From contig OX597828.1 of assembly GCA_951406725.2 (NCBI GenBank), positions 30,318,001-30,382,000 of the forward strand: a DNA stretch of 64,000 nucleotides. The letters run 5' to 3'. The DNA is from Octopus vulgaris. Taxonomy: Eukaryota. Shown here one piece after another: positions 53,916-64,000 of this stretch (its first letter is position 1; the number at the start of each line of letters is the position of its first letter). Below the pieces are notes generated by a model. That model saw only the letters and a list, made by a program, of their open reading frames with translations. It was not told the DNA's origin and did not search any database. The translations under genes were made by a program, and so were the position numbers.

Positions 53916-54360
53916 TCAAGCATTGGTCGTAATAACATAGTTTAGCTATGATGGAGTGAAGCTGCTCCATATTGATTATAAAGAATCCTTAGGTGTCTTT
54001 GTAATGACATGTCTCGAATACGTTCTTAATGACGCAAGTTAGTGCTTCAATACTGAAACTGCCGTTTTGATTTTACTAAAATACACTAATAGTTAGAACT
54101 TAGCTGTTTCAATACTGCAACTAACTGATCTTTTATAAAACAACTAAGATTGTATTTAGAAAAAGTGATACATTAAACACATTAGTGTGTTTTAGTAAAA
54201 TCAAAACGGCAGTTTCAGTATTGAAGCAAACACTAAGTTGCGTCATTAAGAACTTAACCGAGTCATGTTATTACAAAGACACCTAAGGATTCTTTATAAT
54301 CAATATGGAGCAGCTTCATTGCAGCCATAGCAAAACTGTGTTATTACGACCAATGCTTGA
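53916..54360. repeat. Inverted duplication (~175 bp arms) with a flanking 24-bp direct repeat
   Basis: 53916-54090 is the reverse complement of 54181-54360. ATAGTTAGAACTTAGCTGTTTCAA occurs at 53896-53919 and 54089-54112. Confidence 0.95.
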
Positions 54361-55055
54361 CTGTTTTATCTGTCATCACTGCGATGTTCAATGACAAGGA
54401 ACAACGAGGTGTTTCGTTACAGACACTACAGATGTCGCATTTCAAATGCCTACAAAATTTCATTATAACGATCGCTGATCTGTATCATTAAAATAAAGCT
54501 GAACTGTTTTCAGTAGATCCAACATTCAGCTGAACGTTCAGGAGATCCATGATTGTCACATTAACAACTGGTGAGATATCAATGCAGCAAACACTGAACT
54601 GGTGGGTGCATGGCAAACAATATACTTGCACATTAGACTGAATTTTAAAGATTGTTACGTGCCTTAAAATGATTTCTATATTTCTCTGATTCTTTAATAA
54701 AGCGTGTCAGATATTTCTCTAATTTACCTGTTTCTCCTTTCTAATTAATTAAACTGTATAACAATGACAAAAAAAACGGAATTGAGAAAAAACACTTCTA
54801 GGAGTATACTTTTTGTGACCTTCAGTATCTTGTGAATTATAATCTTATTTACGTTACATACACCGATGTTTCCGTAAAACTTGAGTGCAAACAGTATTGG
54901 GCCGGAGCTGACTACTCTTAATGTTAAGAACGGATTTTTATATAATTTTTAATGGCGTGTTCCTAAAATATTGTCACCATAACCTATGAAATTGATAAAC
55001 GTGCACTCAACATTTTTATAGTTACATGGGTCCAAATCTGTGGTAAATCTGGCAA

Positions 55056-56110
55056 AGGAATCACACCTTATAACCCAATCTGAACTCAATGATCTAGTTC
55101 GTGATCTAACATTACTAAGCAACAGTGTGAAGTACTGGTCTCACGCCTGCAATAATGGAACCTGTTAGATAAAGATACTCGAATTACAGTATTTAGGAAG
55201 CGTTCTGCAGATCTCCAACAATTCTTCACTTTGGGAAAACCACGTGATTTATTGTAATGATATCAGAGACCTATTCAATGCACTTGAGCTGACCTACGAA
55301 CCAAATGAGTGGAGATTATTCATATATGCACCCCTTTACAGAATAAAAATGGTTCAGTTACACATTAGGAACACCATGTCTTCAGTTCCAGTTGCTCACT
55401 CGGTCATTTTAAAGGAGACATATGAGAACCACGCTTTTCTTCAATATCGCATATAGAATATCGCAAGGAATATGAGAGGCTAATTTGTACGGACTTGAAA
55501 ATAGTACCCCTATTTAATGGGCTACAACCTGGATGCACCAAGTTTAAGTGACTTCCTTTGCAAGTGCCATAATGTAAACCATGAGCTACTAGTTAAGAAG
55601 GAGAAAATCATTTTGCTACCACTACATATAAAACTAGTCCTAATGAAATAATGTACCAAAGCACTGCAACATAACAAGCCATGTTGCCTGTTTCTGAAGG
55701 CAATCTTCTCTAAAATAAAAGATGCTAAGATTAAAGAGGGCATATTCGTAGGACGTCAAATTCGTCAACCTATTGTGGCTGAGAAATTCGAGTCGATAAT
55801 GGATGAATCTGAGCTAGCGGCCTGGCATGCGTTTAAAAATGTATGTAAAGGACTTCCGGGAAAGCACCAAGTGGTCCAGCGACAGAGAATAGTGGGGAGC
55901 CTAATCAAGTGCTACCAAGATCTCGGATGGAATATGTCACTGAAGATACACTTTCTTAATTCTCATATGTCTTTCTTACTGGAGAATGCTGGGGATGTGA
56001 GTGACGAACATTGAGAGCGGTTGCATCAAACTATAGCTATAGCGTCAATGGGAAACAGGTATAAACGAAATTGAAATCCAGCTATGCTGGCTGACTTCTG
56101 CTGGAACCTG
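55056..56110 (+). pseudogene. CMC-superfamily (Chapaev3-type) transposase relic; the element may span ~53790-56391
   Basis: HLITQSELNDLVRDL, EWRLFI, ICTDLK, KIILLPLHIKLVLMK, KIKEGIFVGRQIR, MSLKIHFLNSH, GDVSDEH*ERLHQ, MLADFCW. Candidate 3' end ...CAGTG|TTA at 56391. Confidence 0.8.
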
Positions 56111-56468
56111 ACAATACATTATATAATGCTAACAAACATATCGATTCATTATATATTTATGAATTAATTACAAGAAACATATATAATCTAACTTTGGTGG
56201 CAAAATGAATATATTTTATCGTGGAAATTGGTATAAAGCGCATAGTTATTAATTTGGTAATTTATAAGAAAATGTGTTGTGATGGGAAATTCTTGTTATA
56301 AACTTCGAATTTAGCACTATGAACTTTGTAACAGAATTTACATGTGAACAATGTAAATTTTCTTCTTGACCATGAAATGTGTTGTACAGTGTTATATAGA
56401 TTTTGACCTATTTAAAAAATTTCATTACCGATCTATTGGGCAGGAGGTATAACATAGAAAGATATGAT

Positions 56469-56471
<3 letters not shown>

Positions 56472-56565
<94 letters not shown>

Positions 56566-56570
56566 GATAA

Positions 56571-56609
<39 letters not shown>
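56472..56609. repeat. (TA)n microsatellite
   Basis: Visible tandem repeat, one of many (TA)n arrays (e.g. 2240, 8912, 20520, 29000, 33080, 63071). Confidence 0.95.
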
Positions 56610-56613
<4 letters not shown>

Positions 56614-59539
56614 ACATTAACCAATAGAAAAGCCACCCGAGCGGTGAGTTTCTGCTACTATCATCTACATGATGACGTAGCAAATACATCGTAAAGGGAC
56701 GTAAAAAAATCGCCAGGAAATTTGACATATGCTCTACAAATGATCTAAATCGAAAAAGCTGCAAGCTCATATAAATTGCTAAGTATTGATGGTAAATGTC
56801 TCCTTGAAAAACATTGAAAATGAAGATAATGATCATAAGCAACAGGCGACATAATCTCTCTCTCTCTATTTCTCTCTCTCTCTCTATTTCTCTCTCTCTC
56901 TATCTATCTATATATCTATAAGTGCGTGTGAGCGTATGTGCGTAATTGTAACTAAATAACAATCAAGGAAAATTTTATAATCAAAAGGTCAAAAATATAT
57001 GCGTTTGCAAATGCATTGTTCGTATCAGACAAGTTCTGGAGCTAAATTCACATTTATGATTGCTTGAAAGATATCAGCTTGTCCTGAAAGTGATACTGAT
57101 AATTGTTTTAAACTACCTTATAGGTCATGTAAACTATCAGTGTTTCTATTAAGTTCTGCCTGCAGTGAGAGCAATGCAAAGTTCATGTCCGTTATGAAAA
57201 GAATAAATATCATAGATATCCGTGTTTGTCTTAATTTCGCACAATGAAATGAGAATGATGGCTCTAGAGAAAATTAATATCTATGCAAACTCTTCGGTTA
57301 GAGAAAATATGCTATGATCAATATAATTTTCTAGACTTATTCTATTCCCTGGTTTAAAATCACCACCTGGATATTGGAGTACTTTAGTAGAAGCCATTAT
57401 TTTTCAAGCGTCCTATTCAATATTTCGGTTTGATGCTAGTAACAATATATTTATATTACTATCTCGTTCATTTATATTTCCCCAGTTTTGTCCATGAACC
57501 TATGTTAGAAGAGCTGCTGGTAACCTTATGACAAAATCAGAACAAAACTACAAACTGATGAATGGTTTGCGTGAGAAGTATTAAAGAAATATGGCCGTCA
57601 TCGAGATGTTGATCTGTTAAATCTGAACACTGATCAGCATTGACGCCTTCATACGCATAACATGTTCGATGACCTAGTTTCACATATGTCAACATTCAAG
57701 GTAGAAAATCTTTATAACACAAGGCAGGTAACTGAATTCAAATATATCCAATACATGAATTGAAGTCTAGGCTATAATCGAAGAAATAATATGGCACTAT
57801 ATCGACAGAATAGGACCAGCTCGAATACATAAAAGAAGAGAATAATCATGCACCATTTTATATATGCCAATTGTAAACTTTAGAAAATGTTTGTAAACAA
57901 GCGCTGCAGTGTCATGAACAATTTTGTTTCATATAATAATGGAATACTAAACGCAAAGATAAATATATGAGGATACCAAAAGATCAAAACTGTCACGTAT
58001 AGTCACGTATATTGTTTTGCGCTCTAATAATTCCTAATTCATGAATTAGTTGTACATGAATGTAATCTAGCGTTGCTGTAAAGGGAATTACTTCATCACA
58101 CAATGTAAAACTAATACTACAAGCATGATTATAACAAGCGTTAGTGTCACCGAAAACTGACATTTGTAATGGAAGTATGATTTGCATATGTTTCAAACAT
58201 ACGCATAAGTAGAGGTTTCTAAATTAGCACAAAGCGAGTATAAATGCTGGCGCCGAAGGAATAAGAGTTAAAGTCGGATCTGATATGATTTGATCTGAAA
58301 TCGTAGAAAGAGTAAATTTAACATTACAAAGAGTTTCTTTACCTCTGATTTTTCCATCTGTCTTATTCATTCAAAACATTTATAATCTTATAATAACTAC
58401 ATAAAAGTAACGATATACATATAAGTTGTAGTAAAAGACATCCCCCGCTATAACTTACTCTAAGTAACGGAAAACACAACAAGTCGCTGCGTGCCGACGG
58501 TTCCTTAAAGTAACTAGTAAGTGAACTATGACTATGTCAAAATATACGTTGAAGTAATGAACTTAAATTTTAAGAAGTGGAGAGAGAGAGAGGGGGGGAA
58601 GAGAATAGAAGAGAAAGGGAGTGCGAGGCACTACGAGGGAGAGAAAAGGTGTGTATTTTTTCTAGGAGGTTTAGTTACACAACACTATCCAATCTTTATT
58701 GAATTACCATAGCTGTACAATGTAGGCACTGTCTTTGTCCTTGAGGAACTAGTTACAAGGATATTTCTCCAGCTTTTTCGGGGGGTTTTCTGCAAAGAAT
58801 GTATGTTGTTATTACATCTGCGACCGCTTTGATTTCCTTGGTATGTTATCAGTCTTAGCGCCATCGGTTACGCCAGCTACAAGGGTGATTAATGAATCTT
58901 GTTTCAGTATATCGAGGATGGAAGAGGCCCTTATTCCTGCTCCTTGTGTAAAATAGTGTCAGACGTGATAAGGTATTGTAGACATCTTTACAGATGAATC
59001 TGATGTCAGCATGACACATATTACAACATATGATTTTCCACTATTGTATATTGTACCACCACGTTGGGTGTATCCCACCCGCATACTTTTTCAGCACTAG
59101 CTTGAACTAATTCTTAGAAGTGTCGTCTCTCGTTTCTTTTTTGTCACATATCTGGCCGTCTGATGAAAACTTAACTCCTCAATTAATTCTCAAACGTTTC
59201 TCTGATTGGAATTTCTCCCCTTTCTACTTTTGTAAACTTCACTATATTTGCAGATAGTTTAGTACCCTCACGTCCCTCATATCCTATGCTGCATGGCTTC
59301 TATTTATGTATCACTTCCAAATCCTTTTCAAATAGTGCTGAAAGGGATGCATATTGAGCGATACCGATTAGATTCCTTCGCAATTTAATTCACGTCATCA
59401 AAAAATTATAATAGTCTCTTTCGATGTTTCCTTAGCTTACGTATAAAAATCTTCCTAGGGCACCACAAAACCATAATAAGATGCCATGATGGCAAAACGT
59501 GGGTGTAATCAGACATTGAAACAGCTGGAAAACTCGTAT

Positions 59540-60900
59540 TTATCACAGTCTTTCAACCAGCTGCTACAGTCATATCTTCCAGATTCTTCTTGGTGTTGTC
59601 TGAGGGTCCTTGGAACTCAGTACTTACTGATTCGTCCTCTATGGTCATTATCAGCGCAAAAATACACGAACGAAATAGTGTAACCAATGATAATCCGTTT
59701 TTCTTCTTTGTATCAGTCTGATCTTTTAGATCTAGAAGTAACTGCCATGTGGAAATAGCAAGAGGTTTCTGGAAAAACAATATCCTCAAAATGCCTCTTA
59801 TACCAGCGAGTGTAGGATTGAACCTTGGGCGTTTACGATTTCAATCTACGCAACCGGAAATTTTATATCGCTTTTGATTGTTTCTCCTAAATATTATGTG
59901 ACTGCCGTAGTATGTCCCATACATCTAGGTCTAACGGGGATGCCAACATAATGCACTGATAGGCAAATGTACTTACTCTCCAGGAAGAACTTTGGTAGGG
60001 TACAGAACATGATACAGTAAACTTCCTTTCTTCAATGCTGACTAGTGATATAAGGCGGCTAGCTGGTAGAAACGTTAGCGCGCCGGGCGAAATGATTAGC
60101 GCTTTTTGGTCTGTCTTTATGTTCTGAGTTCAAATTCCGCCGAATCGATTTTGCATTTCATCCTTTCGGGGGTCGATAAATTAGGTACCAGTTGCATACT
60201 GTGGTATATCTAATTGACTGGACGGTCCCCCAAAATTTCGGGCCATGTGCTAAGAGTAGAAAAGAATCTTGTCTAGTGATGCAGTCCTGAACTGCTCCTT
60301 AGTGAGCCAAGTACACACGGAACTCAGTCATTTGTTGGAGCTCTTCTCCACCAGATCATTTTCTACAACTTTCATAGTTGTTGAAGAAATGTAGAATAAT
60401 GTTTATAATGACTTTACCTTACTCCGCTGGGCGGAGGAGCACAGACAAAGCAGTCAAGACCGCCAATACGCTTGTCTCTTTGAGTAAAGCAAGAAAGGTT
60501 GGAAATGAAATTTATATTTTTTGGCCGTTTCCCTACATCGCCTTCTGAGAAATCAGCTCTGCGAAGATTGATGAATTCCTACTGTAATTCTTACAGATTT
60601 ACAAATGGTTAGTGTTGTTCTTCATTGATTCCTTCATACTGTTACACGAGGCTTCTCAGCTTGTGACGCAGATGCTCTGTTTTGGTAGCCTTACAGATTT
60701 TGTTTTTGTAGGTTCTCTCGTTACTCCTTGCTTTGATGATGCTGAATCCTAGAGACACATATTTAACACTTACTGTGGTTATTACATTTAGGCCACTCAG
60801 TATCTTACCTATAGCGTCAATCTGCTGTCCATCGCACTTATTATTCCTTCGTGGTCAACAGATTTGCAGCACTACAATGCATTGATTCGAGAGTAATGCA
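59540..60900 (-). pseudogene. Possible heavily decayed RTE-type LINE RT region, interrupted by a SINE
   Basis: Weak motifs in the expected order: KSVDHE (FDSVDH), GEELQQMTEFRVYLA (GExLEQVxxFxYLG) and TIED...DNTK. Confidence 0.4.
60051..60270 (+). mobile_element. SINE family B (tail type i) with TSD
   Basis: Full head, core and tail. Flanked by CTAGTGAT at 60042-60049 and 60273-60280. Confidence 0.92.
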
Positions 60901-61099
60901 TGCCGACGAACTCGGTATACCTGCTTCTCGTCAGGATGAAATCATGTGCAGTCAATCAGATTTTCATTGTCAAGGTACTTGATTATATACTTTTGGTATG
61001 CAGTTGTGGACTTTTTCTACTATGGTGATGTATACTATTAACTTTGCCAAGCAGTTAAAATCGAGACCGAATTTCGCACGAATTCTGCATTTCATGATT

Positions 61100-61900
61100 G
61101 ATATTAGTCAGCTGCTCACCTTTCTGTTGCATTCAGCTTAGCAGTATTATAACTACTGATAAACCAATCGGAATTTGCCGAATTACTAATCTTAGAACAG
61201 CTCCTTTTTAATATCTTAATAGGATTTAGCCACGGTGGAAAATGGCAATCGATCCAATTAAGAAATTCCCTAGCTATATTAATTCTCACTGCTTGATTAA
61301 ATACTGGGTTGTACCACATGATTTTCTTTATCGTCGTGTTATTTCTGGGCTTTCATGATGCCTACCCGAAAGCAGCCCATAGCATGGCATTCTAGTGTTC
61401 ATAATCATTTCTAGCATAAAAGAATACCACACGAAAGCATGCTATGAAAATCATTTGGGCATATTTTCAAGGTTAGCAAGGTAACCACTGCTATTATTAC
61501 CATGAATAAGCATTTAGTATATAGCTCTACATAAGAGTATTTTTTACAGGGAGGGGATATTGTAGTTCTGGGTTATCACATTAAGTAGCCGATATTTATA
61601 TGACAAACTCTGAAAGTTGGAAAGGCTGATGTTGATGAGTTTGAAGTCAAGAGGAAGAGACGTTATGATAAAAATTCTGCTAATTATTTTAAAGATGTTT
61701 TGATTGAGTTTATAACCCACTTTATACGAGAGTAGTATCTGTGTTGTCACTAGACCGGTAGCATTGAGCTTACAAAATGGCAGGATCGGAAAGCAGGTGA
61801 TGTGGAAATATAAGAGAAATATTTGTTCTATGCCGTCCACTAAATTACCTACAGGTGTGATTGGTTGTACAAAAGCATTCACCGCTGCAAGCAAATCCTT
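61100..61900 (-). pseudogene. Second Penelope-like element fragment
   Basis: WYNPVFNQAVRINIAREFLNWIDCHFP matches the PLE WFNPPYSxNVxTNIGxxFLxLIDKHFP motif. Weak RT-like GNLVDGIE lies upstream. Confidence 0.7.
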
Positions 61901-62245
61901 AGTGTGGTGATCAAACAGATGGCTGTCTATCTCACATGTAGAAATCGACGGCAGAATTCATGATGACAATCAAATAAACGAGCGAAATACTGGCAGTGAA
62001 CCCGGAATTTTGTTCTTCTTTGCCGTTGATAAGCAATGTGACTGTAATTTCAAAACTCCTGCTAACATTATTTGTAAAAATAAATGTTATACTCTACTTA
62101 AAAGTTTAATGTTTTGAGTAATACTTCATATAATGCTTGACATTCTATACAAAACTGTGCATAACACAAATAGTGTATGCACAAATATGTATATATATAT
62201 ATATATATACAGTATATATATATATATAATATGGCAGTAAATATT

Positions 62246-62288
<43 letters not shown>

Positions 62289-62307
62289 TAAGAATACGCA
62301 CACACAT

Positions 62308-62365
<58 letters not shown>

Positions 62366-62962
62366 GTATGTATATATATGTATATATATATATATATATA
62401 TATGCCTATATAAACACACATATATATATGTATATGTATGTAGGTATGTATGCATTCCGGAGAATATCAGCTGGAATTATTCACTACATAGAGTGTTAGG
62501 CATATATCAAACGGTTTTCTAATACAGATAATTACTACAAATGTAATTAAATTGATGAGGCTTTACAATTTGACATTAATAGTATCCATATTATGAATAT
62601 CTTTCACCTCGCTGCATACATGTTAATTAACGTCACTGTTAATATGGTGATGCCACCAGCAGATGTCACTGATGGAAATATTTACGTTTCTATGTAGTCG
62701 TGTAATATGTTTTCGACAAAGTAAAAGCTATTTATTGTTAATTGAATTGCAGCGATAAAGCCACAGGAATTTAGGTGTATATATGTGTATGTTGTGGTTG
62801 CATACAGAAAAAGGATATGCATAAATATATCTGCGTTCATGTGCGTGTGTGTGTGTATGTGCATATATATGTGCGTGTGTATTTATGTACATACATATGT
62901 GAAAATATATATCTAAATATATATGTATGTATGTATGTATGCACACGCACACACACACACGC

Positions 62963-63005
<43 letters not shown>

Positions 63006-63065
63006 CAGTTTATGCACAAACGCACGCATGCGCATCCAACCACACACTCATACACCCACACATCC

Positions 63066-63143
<78 letters not shown>

Positions 63144-63489
63144 ATACGTTGAATTATCTAGAACGAATGAGAGAGGAATGAAGAAATATGTTGTTAGGAA
63201 TTCGGATAATTGCACGGAGAACTGATCTTGGCGTTGCTAATAATGCGCAGCCATGCGTTGAAGCTGCACATGTCTACCGTTCTCCAGATGTTTGTTTCTG
63301 TTGGTCAGACACATATTCGCACACCTCTTATCTTTGATAGAATACTATCCTGGTTCAAGCATAGACATATCATGTCGTCTGGTAACTAGAGTGTGGTCAA
63401 CCGCTCACAATGTTTTGTCGGGTTCTTTGATCAGTGGAAGTTCCAGTAAGACGTTCCATACCTTTTTTATGCCGAGACAATGCGTGTTC

Positions 63490-64000
63490 TGCGTGGTAGT
63501 ATCAAACAGTTTCCAGACTAGTTCTGTAGCGCGCCAATAGATGGCAGCGCACCGTTGCGCGTGCAAAGAGAGCTACCAGTGACCTTACTGGGGGATTGTG
63601 CCGAGTGACATCAGTGTGTTTAGCTCGCAAGTTGAGAAATTTGTGTGCTTGTGATCATATGTCTGCGATTTTATCTTCGACAGATATTTTGAACAAGGAG
63701 CCAACATGAAATGTTGCGTTAAACGTAGAAAGTCTGCCACAGAGACATTAAGCATGCTTCTGCAAACTTACATCGACAAGGCAATGAATCGTACACACCG
63801 TTTCCAGTTGCACAGGCGCTTGAAAAGCGAAAGAACGACTCTAGAAGACGATGAACAATCTGGAAGATCTGCCAAAAACATCAGACCTGGTAATGTGGAC
63901 AAAAATTATCTTGCGCATGAGGATCTTTGGATGACAATCAACGATATTATTTATGCTGTTCGTCTGTGGTTTGAGTTCGTGCAGACAATCCTAACGTCTG
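63490..64000 (+). mobile_element. Mariner 5' portion (HTH region), running off the window
   Basis: EQGANMKCCVKRRKSATETLSML...FQLHRRLKSERTTLEDDEQSGR matches the mariner EQRANIKFC..GKSATET...LEDDERSGRP motif. TIR-like GTATCAAACAGTTTCC. Confidence 0.88.

Overview
AT-rich, microsatellite-dense eukaryotic non-coding DNA. The tRNA-headed SINE families and the (TA)n/(CA)n load look like an octopus (coleoid cephalopod) genome; this is recognition from memory, not a search result. No intact protein-coding gene is visible: nearly all ORF-track entries are microsatellite translations, and the rest are decayed transposon fragments. Identifiable content: many SINEs (some with clear TSDs), four mariner remnants, a Tc1/maT-like end, a Chapaev3-type transposase relic, three R4/Dong LINE fragments, two Penelope-like fragments, and a possible RTE relic. 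Two possible 5' exons of a + strand host gene are present, the second ending in ATG|GTAAGT. The most unusual signals are (i) several long inverted duplications, three centred on or enclosing (TA)n arrays, one of them a nested palindrome, plus one with a clean template-switch signature, and (ii) a well-formed hammerhead-ribozyme-like motif at ~2.0 kb plus weaker decayed ones. No clearly novel multi-gene system can be supported from this sequence.
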